Notes: generated by a model from the sequence alone, not told the origin. 64,000 bases of DNA from an uncultured archaeon (GCA_963787445.1 CAWBCT010000005.1:256001-320000), one strand, 5' to 3'; positions 1-9,846 are shown, counted from the stretch's first letter. Numbers and translations: made by a program.

Positions 1-1191
1 CGCGAGGATCGCCTCGCGGAGCTCCTCCTTTGTCTGCTCGTAGTTGCCTATGTCGTCCAGGGTCTCGTGGGTGCCGGAGGTGAGGTCCTCAAACGCATCG
101 CCGAAGGTGCTGATGAAGTCCTGCTTCATCACGTCCAGCGCGCGGACTATGTCTATGCCGTTTATCTCAAGCAGGAAGAGCGCAAGGGGCGTTATCACGA
201 AGCCGAGCACCACGTAGTTGCTGAACGCCTGGCCGGTGAGCAGGGTCAGCCCGAAGTACACCCCCAGTATTATGAACGAGAGGAGGCTGGCGCCGGAGCC
301 CTTGAACCCGGAGCGGCTCTTTATCGCGAAGCTCACCATCGCGAAGACGGTCACGAGCCAGACGGCCAGCTGCACCGCGACGGTTGTGAGGTTGAGGGTG
401 AGGGCAAGGGCGCAGAGGTAAAGCAAGTAAGGGATCTGGGCGGGCAGGGAGAGGAAGCTGATGAACGACTGGCCAAACGCGGAGGGGAGCGCGCCCAGGG
501 CTGGAACCGCCTTGAAGCCCGAGAGGTATGGGGAGAGGGTCGAGGCCCCGACTATCTTGGCGAAGCCGGCGACGTTGTAGGCTATCGGCGCAGCCAGGGG
601 GAGGTTTGTGAGGGTTGCAAGGACCGGGAGCACGACTATCGCCACGGCGACCGCCAGGGCACCGCGCTTCAGGCCTATATACAGTATGCCTATCACGAGC
701 GCGGGTATCTCAAGGAAGAAGCCGAGGAAGGAGAAGGGCAGGGCTATCAGCGCGAAGGCGAGGGTGATGAAGCGGTAGTGCTTGTAGCCGAAAACCAGGG
801 AGAAGGTGAGGAACAGCACGTAGAGCAGCGCGAGCAGCGGGGCCTGGAAGATGAGCGGAGGCAGTGAGATGAACAGCAGGGCCATCAGGCCGGCGAGCGG
901 GTGGAAGCGGGTAAGCAGGAAGGCGATGACTGCCAGGACTATTATTACATAAATAGGATAGAACGGGAAGGCGATGCAGACGCTTACGAGCGCGAAGAGG
1001 ACGAGGATCGAGTCGGGAAAGTACTTGTTGCTGGCGAACTCCTTGAGGGTCTCCTTCAGCCAGTAATAGGTGAGGGGGGTTGAGATTGCCTGCTTTCTTC
1101 TCTTGGTCAGCTCCTCATCGCTGGGTGCTTTTTGCCCTTTCTTCTGCACTGCGGCCTTGGCGCTCCCGCCAGAAGCTGGTTTTCCGGGCAT
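1..1191 (-). CDS. Polytopic membrane protein fused to an AAA+ ATPase (CDC48/Vps4-like), truncated by window edge
   Basis: Not in ORF track. Manual translation from ATG 1191: MPGKPASGG..., about 10 hydrophobic helices, then ...THETLDDIGNYEQTKEELREAILA, which matches the DIGGLEEVKEELRE start of AAA modules. Walker A lies outside the window. Confidence 0.75.
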   Translation of the reverse strand, partial: MPGKPASGGSAKAAVQKKGQKAPSDEELTKRRKQAISTPLTYYWLKETLKEFASNKYFPDSILVLFALVSVCIAFPFYPIYVIIVLAVIAFLLTRFHPLAGLMALLFISLPPLIFQAPLLALLYVLFLTFSLVFGYKHYRFITLAFALIALPFSFLGFFLEIPALVIGILYIGLKRGALAVAVAIVVLPVLATLTNLPLAAPIAYNVAGFAKIVGASTLSPYLSGFKAVPALGALPSAFGQSFISFLSLPAQIPYLLYLCALALTLNLTTVAVQLAVWLVTVFAMVSFAIKSRSGFKGSGASLLSFIILGVYFGLTLLTGQAFSNYVVLGFVITPLALFLLEINGIDIVRALDVMKQDFISTFGDAFEDLTSGTHETLDDIGNYEQTKEELREAILA

Positions 1192-1250
1192 AATTTTTAT
1201 AGGTAACATATCCTTATATATAAATGTTTTGAGTAGAATATCGACATAAA

Positions 1251-1356
1251 CCCGCTGTAGCTCAATGGCAGAGCGATCGACTGTAGTCTGTGAAGCTTCT
1301 TGCAGTTTTTCAAGAAGGATATCGATAGGTTGGGAGTTCAACTCTCCCCAGCGGGA
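1251..1356 (+). tRNA. tRNA-Tyr(GTA) with 34-nt intron at 37/38 (1287-1320)
   Basis: Acceptor CCCGCTG/CAGCGGG (C1-G72), anticodon stem ATCGA/TCGAT, CT-GTA-G, T arm GGGAG-TTCAACT-CTCCC. Confidence 0.95.
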
Positions 1357-1373
1357 GACATAAAAACTAGTTT

Positions 1374-2054
1374 TCAGGAGCCGAAGCGCTTCTTGAGCAT
1401 CAGGAGACCTATGTTCACACCATAGCCCAGCTTCGACTTCGCCAGCTTCGAGACTCCGTGCCCCCTTTCGTAATATTCTATGCCTATCTCGCGCACATCG
1501 TAGCCGCGCTTGGCCAGCTCAATGGCAAACATCCCGCTGCCGGCGCGGTAGGCGGCCACGTCGCGCATGTCGTTGAACGCCTGCCTCGTCATCACAAAGA
1601 GCCCGGTGAGTATGTCGTGCATGCGCGCGCCGTAAAGCATGCTGAAGATTCCGCTGATAGCCGCGTTGCCGAACTTCAGGTAGGGTGACATCGACCCTTC
1701 CTGCAGGCCCGCAAGCCTGTTGCCCATCACCAGGTCAGCCTTCCCTGATTTAACCAGCCTGACTGCTTCTGTCAATCCCTCCAGCTCGTGGGTGTCATCC
1801 GCATCTATGCTCATCAGGATCCTGCCCCTGGCGCTGCGGAAGCCCAGCATCAGCGCGTTCTCCACCCCGCGGTCCTTCTGCCGCAGTATCGTCACGCCGG
1901 TCGCCTTGAGCCTCCGGTAGTAGGCCTCGCCGCTCTTGTCAACAATTATTATCTCAAGACCCTTGCCGAACATCGTCCTCAGCCTGCCTATCATCTTGAA
2001 AAGGCTCTCCTCCTCTATGTTTGGGATCACGATGCTTAACTCTGGAGATGGCAT
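1374..2054 (-). CDS. GT2 glycosyltransferase (polyprenol-phosphate mannose synthase-like)
   Basis: SIVIP, IIIVD, IDADDTH, GNR and D..TG motifs. Confidence 0.85.
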   Translation of the reverse strand: MPSPELSIVIPNIEEESLFKMIGRLRTMFGKGLEIIIVDKSGEAYYRRLKATGVTILRQKDRGVENALMLGFRSARGRILMSIDADDTHELEGLTEAVRLVKSGKADLVMGNRLAGLQEGSMSPYLKFGNAAISGIFSMLYGARMHDILTGLFVMTRQAFNDMRDVAAYRAGSGMFAIELAKRGYDVREIGIEYYERGHGVSKLAKSKLGYGVNIGLLMLKKRFGS

Positions 2055-2100
2055 TTAATCACTGATACATGGTTGCATTCTTTTTTATACGTTGCCGAAC

Positions 2101-2661
2101 CTACGGAAGTTGGGACTTGAGTGATTGGGCGAACTCCTCGAGGCGTGTCCCGACCAGGACCGCGTTTGCACCTCCCTTTATGTCCTTGACGGTGCTTAGA
2201 TAGCTCGCCTGGCAGAGCCACCCGCCCCAGATCTTCCTCGCCTCCTCAAAGAACTCCTCCTTGGGAAAGCCCGTGTCGATGTTTCTCTCGTTCCAGACCG
2301 CCTTGGTGTCTCGCGGGAGCTCGCTAAGCTGCTGGAGGGTGTTCGGCTCTATCATCAGCATATCAGGATAAATCTGCGGAACCCTTCCCACCACAAGAAC
2401 GTAGTCTGCGCCCGCCTTCACCGCCCGTATTATCTCGCTGTCGTACTGGTGGATGCCCTTGGCGAGTATCGGCTTGTTTGTCATGCCCTTTGCCTTGCTT
2501 ATCAGGTCAAAGGAGCCCTCCCATCTCGGGTCGGTATGCACGGAGATGATATCGCCTACCTTGTTCGCAATCTCGAATAGCTCCTCCCAGCTCTTTTCGG
2601 AGTGGTATCCGTAGGGCGAGGCGGTCTTGACCTCCGCGATTATGGTTATCCTGCCGTACAT
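2101..2661 (-). CDS. Short indole-3-glycerol-phosphate synthase (TrpC)-like TIM barrel
   Basis: IIAEVKTASP, ISVHTD, PILAK, GADYVLV, NERN, GANAVLVGT motifs; lacks the usual N-terminal extension. Confidence 0.75.
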   Translation of the reverse strand: MYGRITIIAEVKTASPYGYHSEKSWEELFEIANKVGDIISVHTDPRWEGSFDLISKAKGMTNKPILAKGIHQYDSEIIRAVKAGADYVLVVGRVPQIYPDMLMIEPNTLQQLSELPRDTKAVWNERNIDTGFPKEEFFEEARKIWGGWLCQASYLSTVKDIKGGANAVLVGTRLEEFAQSLKSQLP

Positions 2662-2670
2662 AAGCGTGAT

Positions 2671-2838
2671 TTACTCTTGGGGGATCGAGTATCGGTTTGC
2701 TCCGCCCCCTCTGTGCTCCTTTCTTTCAGCGCAGGTGCATCCGCAGGAGCAGTTGACTTTGCATTTGCAGCCGCCGTAGCAGCCACAGCTGCATCCGCCG
2801 CCGCATTCGCAACCTCCGCCTCCACCTTGATTTGCCAT
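2671..2838 (-). CDS. Metallothionein-like Cys/Gly-rich peptide (55 aa, 11 Cys)
   Basis: Manual translation MANQGGGGGCECGGGCSCGCYGGCKCKVNCSCGCTCAERKEHRGGGANRYSIPQE*. GGGGA SD-like motif upstream; fills the gap between two minus-strand genes. Confidence 0.75.
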   Translation of the reverse strand: MANQGGGGGCECGGGCSCGCYGGCKCKVNCSCGCTCAERKEHRGGGANRYSIPQE

Positions 2839-2886
2839 CTTATCCCCTACAATAATACCAGGTTAGTCTTTTTCAGGCTTTCGGAT

Positions 2887-3750
2887 TCACTCGGTTTTCG
2901 CGTGGATTATCCCCACATACATTGCGGCTCCGCTTTTGTAGTAGACCTTTCGGGGCCTTGTATGGGTGACCCTGAAACCCGCGTCGGTTAGCTTCTTCTC
3001 AAGGTCAAGGTAGCCGTAGTGATATTCTATCATCATCGAGTCGAATCGTTTCAGCACGCTTGCTTCCGAATTCAGTAGCGCCTGGTACTCGTAACCTTCG
3101 CAGTCCATCTTCAGGACCAGGCCTTTTCTGCTGCCCGCAATGCTTTTCAGGCTCAACAGTTCAATCCTTTTCCCGCCTTTCTTGTACTCGACGGCATTGC
3201 CGCCGAAGAAGCTTTTGGATTCATCGACGGACATTACGGAGTCCCTGACGGCTATCCCTTTGTTGTACAGGCTTACCCTGCGGCCCAGATTGTTCAATTT
3301 GATGTTCTTTTTGGCCACGCCGTAGGAGTAGGGATGTGGCTCATAGGCATCGACGTGCCTTGCCCCGTTTAGGGCGAAGTATATCGCCGTGTCGCCTATG
3401 TTTGCGCCTATGTCTATCACGTCCTTGCCATGAACATCAAGCCCGGCATACTCGCCGCCGCGCATGAAGATCTCGCTTATCGCATAATAGGTGCTTTGGA
3501 GCTGGTTCTGCGAGTCAACATGGAATTTGATGCTGTGGTTTTTGAACCTGACAAGAACGGTTTTGCCGCTTATCTTTATTCCTGGATGCTCCCTGAGCCT
3601 GAGGGTGGTTTGTTTTGCCAGCCCCAGCCTCCCGAACACTATGTCATACCAGTTCTGATACGCCCACATCAGGTTTTTTAGGTCCCCTAGCTTGTTGAAG
3701 GGCGCAAATAGGCCATCCAACTGGGAGATGTTCGGCTGCGGATTTGCCAT
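2887..3750 (-). CDS. FkbM family methyltransferase
   Basis: VIDIGANIGD, YEP, LKMDCEGYE, IEYH. Confidence 0.9.
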   Translation of the reverse strand: MANPQPNISQLDGLFAPFNKLGDLKNLMWAYQNWYDIVFGRLGLAKQTTLRLREHPGIKISGKTVLVRFKNHSIKFHVDSQNQLQSTYYAISEIFMRGGEYAGLDVHGKDVIDIGANIGDTAIYFALNGARHVDAYEPHPYSYGVAKKNIKLNNLGRRVSLYNKGIAVRDSVMSVDESKSFFGGNAVEYKKGGKRIELLSLKSIAGSRKGLVLKMDCEGYEYQALLNSEASVLKRFDSMMIEYHYGYLDLEKKLTDAGFRVTHTRPRKVYYKSGAAMYVGIIHAKTE

Positions 3751-3763
3751 GCTATCCCATCAA

Positions 3764-5002
3764 TCAGACGTATTTCAGAAGCCCGTTCACGGTGCGGTAC
3801 TCGAGCTTGTCCTCCATCACCTTCACCGCCATCTCATAGAGGGAGTTGGGCTTTATCGCCTGCAGGCAGAGGTTGTTGGTGCAGCGGGACTCCTTGTGGT
3901 TATACGCCGAGATGCACGGGCTGCAGTGATAGTAGCTGTAGGCTATAACGCAGTTGCCCAGCGGGCCGTACATGGTCGGGGCGTCGGTGCTGAAGAGCGC
4001 TAGCGTCCTGGTGCCCGTGGCCGTCGCAAAATGGGCGGCGCCGCTGTCGTTTGTTATCAGAAGGTCGGACATGCTGAGCAGCTCGAAAAGGTCTGACATG
4101 ACTGGCGTGTCGCCGCAGAAGTTTGCGCACCTCTCGTCGCCCACTTTGTCAACAATATAGGATGCGGTCTCACGGTTTCCCTTGGTCCCTATCAGAAGGA
4201 CTCGCGACTTTGGATACTTCGCAATGAGCTTCCTTATCACATCGACGAAGCTGTCGCGCGGGTAATTCCTCATGCTGAGGTTCTTGCCAACGTCATGTGA
4301 AACTAGTATCAGCTTCTCTCCCGCCTTGAGGTGCGCCTTCTCCATCAACGCCTTCCTTGCGGCAGGGTTGGATTTGTAGGTCGGCACCACGAGCTCGCTG
4401 TTCTCCACCCGCCCCTTGTAGTTCGGGTACTCGTGCTCCACTTTCACTGCGGTCTTCGTGAGCCCCAGGAAGTTCTTCGCTATGTGCGTGTTCTGGTTGA
4501 ACTGGCACCGCTGGGAGTAGAAGTCCCCTTTGTACAGCCCCTCCATCTCGTAGCCCCAGAAGCCCGCCTTGAATTTTGCGCCTATCATCCCCGACATCAC
4601 GGATGAGATGCGCATGAACAGCTCATAATCTATTATCAGGTCCATCCCCTGGGCGCGCAGCCGCGCCATGGCCGAGAGGCCGGTGCGGATGAAGCTCCAC
4701 AGGTTGGTGTCGTCTATGGTGTAGATGTTCTCCTTGGGCACCAGGCCGAGCATCTCCCAGGTGCTCCTGATGCTCTTGGCGGTCAGGCAGTAGAGCTCGC
4801 ACTCCTTGACATTCTTCTTTATGTACTGCAATGAAGGATACAGCATGATGGTGGCGCCCATCTCAAACAGCTCGATCACGAGCACCTTCTTGATCCGCTT
4901 GTCACGCGGCTTGGGCACGAAAAAGTACGCTCCTGAGAGCAGCAGGCAGGCTGGGATGCCAACGACACGGTCCAGCATCCTGAGCGTGTGCGAGCTTTTC
5001 AT
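3764..5002 (-). CDS. Glycosyltransferase family 9 (heptosyltransferase-like)
   Basis: LLITNDSGAAHFA..G...LALF and C-terminal CSPC...C...C typical of GT9. Confidence 0.85.
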   Translation of the reverse strand: MKSSHTLRMLDRVVGIPACLLLSGAYFFVPKPRDKRIKKVLVIELFEMGATIMLYPSLQYIKKNVKECELYCLTAKSIRSTWEMLGLVPKENIYTIDDTNLWSFIRTGLSAMARLRAQGMDLIIDYELFMRISSVMSGMIGAKFKAGFWGYEMEGLYKGDFYSQRCQFNQNTHIAKNFLGLTKTAVKVEHEYPNYKGRVENSELVVPTYKSNPAARKALMEKAHLKAGEKLILVSHDVGKNLSMRNYPRDSFVDVIRKLIAKYPKSRVLLIGTKGNRETASYIVDKVGDERCANFCGDTPVMSDLFELLSMSDLLITNDSGAAHFATATGTRTLALFSTDAPTMYGPLGNCVIAYSYYHCSPCISAYNHKESRCTNNLCLQAIKPNSLYEMAVKVMEDKLEYRTVNGLLKYV

Positions 5003-5108
5003 GGTTATCTTCTTTTAATTATAATCGCAGCCTTATAAGGTTTTGTGTGCCCGAATTCCGGGTTTAGACGAAGCAAAGTTGTTATATGTTCACTTCCTAT
5101 CTTTTGCC

Positions 5109-5993
5109 ATGAACCATCTGGTCATGGCCGTACCCAATGACCCGGAGCTTGCGGCGTGGATCGGCAAGAAGGGCAGCGTGAACGGCATCACTTTCTACAA
5201 CCGGAGGCTGGAGGAGACGATCCTTACCGTGCTTACGCCTACGAGCCTGGAGGATAAGTTCTACGCGCTTCCAGAGGTGATCAGCCTCGGCGGGGTGGTG
5301 GTGATAAGCACCAGGGAGATCAACGCGAACTTCGGGGAGGCGGTCATCGCGGTCGACGCTGATGAAGAAGCGCGTCATCCTGACGGACGACAACGACGTC
5401 AGCGGCATCATAGGGAAGCTGGGCCTAAAGTACGAGGTAATGAATCGGAGCGGGATGCTGGAGGCGCTGCTCAAGGCAGCAGGGAAGAGGGAAAGGGCGA
5501 GCTTAGGATAGCTATTGACAAGGCGTTTCCGGTCAAGGGAGTAGGCACAGTGCTTCTGGGAGTAGTCCAGAGCGGGATAGTCGGCGCGCATGACAAACTG
5601 TTTCTGGGCAGCGGGAAGGAGCTGCAGGTGCGCTCGATACAGGTGCAGGATGAGGACTGCCAGTCCGCGGCAGAAGGCGCGCGCGTCGGGCTTTCAGTGA
5701 AGGGGGTAGACGACAAGGACCTGGAGAAGGGGGAGGTGCTAGCAAAGCACCCGATAAAGCCGGTCGGCGAGTTTAATGCATCCCTTGCCCTGAGCCCCAT
5801 GCAAAAGGAGATCTCGGCCGAGACCCAGTACACCCTGGTGACCGGCTTCGCAGATGCGCCGTGCAAGCTCCTGAAGGAGGGAGACCGTTACGTTGTAAAG
5901 CTGGGGAAGCCCATTCAGATGGAGAAGGGCCAGCGATTCATAATCATCAGGGAGAAGAGCCCGCGCGTACTGTGCGGCGGAGAGGTTTTGTGA
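5109..5993 (+). CDS. Archaeal SelB/EF-Tu-like translation-factor domain protein (degenerate G domain); compensating frameshifts about 5350-5490
   Basis: IDKAFPVKGVGTVLLG, VRSIQ, GARVGL (EF-Tu domain II). The middle segment reads sensibly in another frame (KKRVILTDDNDVSGIIGKLG). Confidence 0.8.
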   Translation: MNHLVMAVPNDPELAAWIGKKGSVNGITFYNRRLEETILTVLTPTSLEDKFYALPEVISLGGVVVISTREINANFGEAVIAVDADEEARHPDGRQRRQRHHREAGPKVRGNESERDAGGAAQGSREEGKGELRIAIDKAFPVKGVGTVLLGVVQSGIVGAHDKLFLGSGKELQVRSIQVQDEDCQSAAEGARVGLSVKGVDDKDLEKGEVLAKHPIKPVGEFNASLALSPMQKEISAETQYTLVTGFADAPCKLLKEGDRYVVKLGKPIQMEKGQRFIIIREKSPRVLCGGEVL

Positions 5994-5997
5994 GTCC

Positions 5998-7581
5998 ATG
6001 AGCGGAGAAGCAAAAGAAAGGGAGCGGCCTTCTGTTCAAGATTGCGCTACTAATGATTGCCTGCTATTTCGTCTACTTTGCCTTCCTCCTCGCGCACCTG
6101 TACGGCGTATTCCATGAGTACAGCGACTTCGGAATAGCGGTCACAAGCCTGTACTTCAACACCCACCTGCCGCAGATAGCGCACGGTTTGCAGCTTCTCA
6201 CCCTAGGCGAGCATCTCTCTCCAGATGCGTTGGCAATCATGGGCATGTACTACCTCGCATCCTCGCCGATAACGCTGCTGATTGTTCAGGATGCGGTAAT
6301 CTCCCTGACCGGCCTGCTGATCCTTCTGGCCGTGAGGGATCTCACCAAGAATGACGTCCTCGCCTTCGCCTTCTGCCTGGCCTTCCTGATAAATCCAGGA
6401 ACATTGGGGCAGCTGCTGTTCGACTCGCACATCGAGTTCCTGATAACTCCATTTTATGTACTCACATTATACTATTACCTCAAGGGCAGTCTCAAGGGAT
6501 TCATCATCTCCGCTATCCTACTGCTGGGCACCGCCGATGTGACGCCGTTCATAGCCCTCACCTTGGGCATTGGGCTCATTCTTTACGAATTTATCTACAA
6601 CAGGAAGAGACAGATAACACAGAGCGACGTCCGTCTCGCCGTCTTGCTTGTTGTGTTTTCGTTGGTGGCCATAGGTTTATACGCTGCAGCCACCTCGACG
6701 CTTGCGCAGAGCTATGCAACAGCGTACCCGGGACTGCCGCCTGACCTATATGTCACCAACGGCGCACAAAGCCTGATTGGCCCATCGCTTACGTCGCTGC
6801 TGCATAACCCAATCGGCCAATTGGGCGGCGAGATTAAGCCTGTACCTGACAAGCTACAAGGTCGAGCTTATTTATGCGGTACTGCTGGTGGTCTTCGCGT
6901 TCGGCCTGACCGCCATAGCCGACCCGCTGGTTGCCGTGGTGCTCTACATCCCATGGCTCGCCGGCGCATTCGTCGTCGGATTCCCCGCTTTCCTCTTCCC
7001 AACATCCCAGTACTTTGGGTATGCGGTGGGCCCGGCATTCGCAGCCTCGCTGATAGGCCTGATGATAGTCTGGAACAAGAAGGGATGGGTGTGCAACCTG
7101 CTAAAACAGGTTAAGTGGAATACTGAAAAAGTTATAATGATAACCGCGGTTGTCCTGCCGATTTTATTCTCAATCGTCGGCCCAGCGGCCTACCTGCTGG
7201 TCTCAACGCCCCTCAGCGCGTACCACAGCATAAGCACGAGCAACGTGGGCCAGCTGCTGCTCTTCGAGTCAAACTCTTCGCAGGCGGCGGCCTACGCGCA
7301 GCTATATTCTGTGCTTGCGCAGGTCCCGCCCAATGCCTCAGTCCTGACGAACTACTTCATCGTCGCGCACCTGTCCGAGCGGGGCCAGGTGGAGAATTTG
7401 GGCGCCGGGGCATACTACTTCAACCCAGACTACATCCTTGCGGACGAGAACCTGAACATAAGCAGCAATGCCTGCAATGCAGCGCTCGACAACTGCACCG
7501 AGTTGAACAGCATCATGAGCCACCGGGAACTACACCACATATTTCAGGAATGGAACCGCAGTTCTTTACAAAGCTAAGTGA
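5998..7581 (+). CDS. DUF2079-like membrane protein (GT-C-like), frameshifted
   Basis: D.G, GEHLSP, LLIVQ, FDSH, VPPNASV..HLSER motifs split over ORFs 6053-7114 and 6777-7577. Confidence 0.7.
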
Positions 7582-7607
7582 CTTTACTTATTTGCTTGTG
7601 CAGTTTT

Positions 7608-8003
7608 TTAAATTAATCCTCTAAACAACTTCCTTATTGGACCAATTCTTTCCGTTTTGGTTTGGTTGTCACTTGTATATACCACAACCTTCACAAACGC
7701 AACATCGATGTCGGGTTTGTCGCTGATGAGTAGAGCAGATCTTGGGCTAACCATCATGGACAGAGCATCTCCTTCGTTATTGCCTACTTTAAACCATCTC
7801 CCCACAATTGAATTGAATTGGTTAGGATTTTCATTAAATGCTGCTTCGATTTCTGATTTAGTTAGCAATCTACCCCCTCGGGACTCTGCAAACTCATTTG
7901 ACTGCTTAAAATCTATGTGCATTCCGCGGGGCAACTCCCCTATTTCTATCTTTAATGCCCCAGAACTACTAATTTCTCTTCGAGCAATTGTTTTAGTTAC
8001 CAT
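7608..8003 (-). CDS. Hypothetical protein (AT-rich)
   Basis: 131-aa ATG-initiated ORF with AT-rich promoter region upstream. Confidence 0.55.
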   Translation of the reverse strand: MVTKTIARREISSSGALKIEIGELPRGMHIDFKQSNEFAESRGGRLLTKSEIEAAFNENPNQFNSIVGRWFKVGNNEGDALSMMVSPRSALLISDKPDIDVAFVKVVVYTSDNQTKTERIGPIRKLFRGLI

Positions 8004-8154
8004 ATTACCACTAAATATTATTTATGGGTTTTATGATATATATGCTTAATCTTTAGGTTGTACTTTAGTACGTATTTGATGTCTTTTTCTTACAAATCCG
8101 GTCTGTTTTTAACGCTTAAATATCTGAAAAACGATAATTTAATACAGATATTAA

Positions 8155-8841
8155 ATGGCAACTGTGGCACGCAGTAAGAGCATAATCATCGGCCCTGACG
8201 AAGGGGTAAACTTCGATGGCAGACAGACGCCAAGCGGAAGGCTGGCCGTGGAGAAGGCCGTAGAGGTCTACCGGAAGGGAAGAGGCGAGGTCATACTCTT
8301 CTCGGGTTTTGGAAACCAGCATGCTTTGGACAGGGTCAAGGTAACAGGTGCCATGGCATCAAAGCAGTACGCGATAGAGCTAGGGGTGAGACCAGAGGTC
8401 ATATGGACTGATGAGCAGGGGAAAGACGCTCTGGGCGAGGCATATTTCTGCAAGCAGGTCGTTGCGCCTATGGGTTTCCGGAAGATCACACTGGTTGCCG
8501 GGCCGTGGCATATGGAGAGGACCGCCTACGTATTTGAGATGGCTTTCGGTTCAGGTTACGATATAACGCAGGTGACATCGGACCGGAACGGCTTCCGGGA
8601 GTCAGAGATTGCAGACTTGTTTAAGGCAGAGAAGGTCTCTTTGGAGCTGTTAAAATCTTACTTTAGGGAGTTTGAAGTACAGCCTGGGGACGAGGCGGGA
8701 ATCAGAAAGGTATTCGAGAGGAAATATAAGATATACACGCCAAACCCGCAGCTCACAGAGGAGCAACAGAAGATGATCGCGGAGTTGGGGCCGTTAAGAA
8801 GGAGGGTGCCTTTGGTGAGGGAAAGTTCAGCTAGCTGGTAA
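8155..8841 (+). CDS. YdcF/DUF218 (ElyC/SanA) family protein
   Basis: ILFSG, ITLVAGPWHMERT, GKDALGEA. Confidence 0.8.
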   Translation: MATVARSKSIIIGPDEGVNFDGRQTPSGRLAVEKAVEVYRKGRGEVILFSGFGNQHALDRVKVTGAMASKQYAIELGVRPEVIWTDEQGKDALGEAYFCKQVVAPMGFRKITLVAGPWHMERTAYVFEMAFGSGYDITQVTSDRNGFRESEIADLFKAEKVSLELLKSYFREFEVQPGDEAGIRKVFERKYKIYTPNPQLTEEQQKMIAELGPLRRRVPLVRESSASW

Positions 8842-8862
8842 GGCTAGTGCAGCTAATTTTGA

Positions 8863-9846
8863 TTAAAGCATCAGGACTTTCATGAAGTTCTTCACGTCGA
8901 AGAGCTGCACATTGTCATTGCATGCGCTGATAAACTCCGGCTCCTTGCCAGGGTTTACCGACTCAAGCTGCCGTAGATCGTACGCACCATTGTTCTGGCG
9001 TATGTTGGCGCCTAGGAAGTTCCAGTCTATCGCAGGATAGATGTTCCCGAAGTTGTCTAGAAACAGGACGCGCTTGAACGGCTTGTCCTCAAAGGCGCGC
9101 TTGCCCGTTTTTATGAAGTGCCTTAGCATCTTGAAGTACATTACCTGTGCGATGTCCAGGGCGTTTGTTGCCGGGCCCCTGCGCTTGGTGTACTCCCTAA
9201 GCTCGGTGAGCGAGAGCTCCTTGTCCGGCGCGAGGTTCGTCTGCTCATTGTAGTAATAGATGTCCGAGTTCTGGAACAGGTTTATGTGGAAGCGCTTGTA
9301 ATCGATGAACGGCAAAACCTTCTTGGCCTCCTCGATAGTCTCAATCAGGTGGCCCTGGTTCGTCTTGGTCATGGTGTAGCCGAACATGAAGTGAAAGTTC
9401 TTGTATTTCGCCTCCATCTCGCGGAACGCAGCGCCGAGCTCTGTCGCGCGCTTGAAGTGGTCCGGGATGCCGCGCTGGATTGCGTCGATTGCGGGCGGGC
9501 CATCAAGGCTGATGGTAACATAAGTGTAAGGGATCTTCAGCTGGGCTATTTCATCAAACTTCCTTAGGTAGAGCTCCTTGCCCATAAGGCTGTTTATCGT
9601 GGTGTTGTAGTACTTGATCTTGTTGTACTTCTGGAATATCTTCAGTATCTCTACGTGGTCAGACCTTAGGAACGGCTCGCCTCCGGAGAGGTCTATCCAG
9701 TTGAACTGCCCTGCGTTAGCCTTGGCGAAGTTCTCTATCTCCTCTAGCGTAAGCTCATTCTGTGGGCGGAGCTGCCAGATGTTGCAGTGAGTGCAGCGAC
9801 TCTGGCACTTCTGGGTTATGCTGAATACTATCTTCTTCATTGGCAT
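8863..9846 (-). CDS. Radical SAM protein
   Basis: CQSRCTHC, SGGEPFLR, ISLDG. Confidence 0.9.
   Translation of the reverse strand: MPMKKIVFSITQKCQSRCTHCNIWQLRPQNELTLEEIENFAKANAGQFNWIDLSGGEPFLRSDHVEILKIFQKYNKIKYYNTTINSLMGKELYLRKFDEIAQLKIPYTYVTISLDGPPAIDAIQRGIPDHFKRATELGAAFREMEAKYKNFHFMFGYTMTKTNQGHLIETIEEAKKVLPFIDYKRFHINLFQNSDIYYYNEQTNLAPDKELSLTELREYTKRRGPATNALDIAQVMYFKMLRHFIKTGKRAFEDKPFKRVLFLDNFGNIYPAIDWNFLGANIRQNNGAYDLRQLESVNPGKEPEFISACNDNVQLFDVKNFMKVLML

Noticed and set aside
67-1083. Plus-strand ORFs 67-867 and 901-1083
   Set aside because: Antisense shadows of the minus-strand membrane AAA gene.
2602-2991. Ala-rich plus-strand 129-aa ORF
   Set aside because: The GCA/GCC runs are the reverse complement of the Cys/Gly codons of the metallothionein-like ORF, and it overlaps real genes.
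5109-5993. Selenocysteine machinery (true SelB)
   Set aside because: No GTPase P-loop, and no tRNA-Sec or SECIS seen; it fits the SelB-like archaeal family only.
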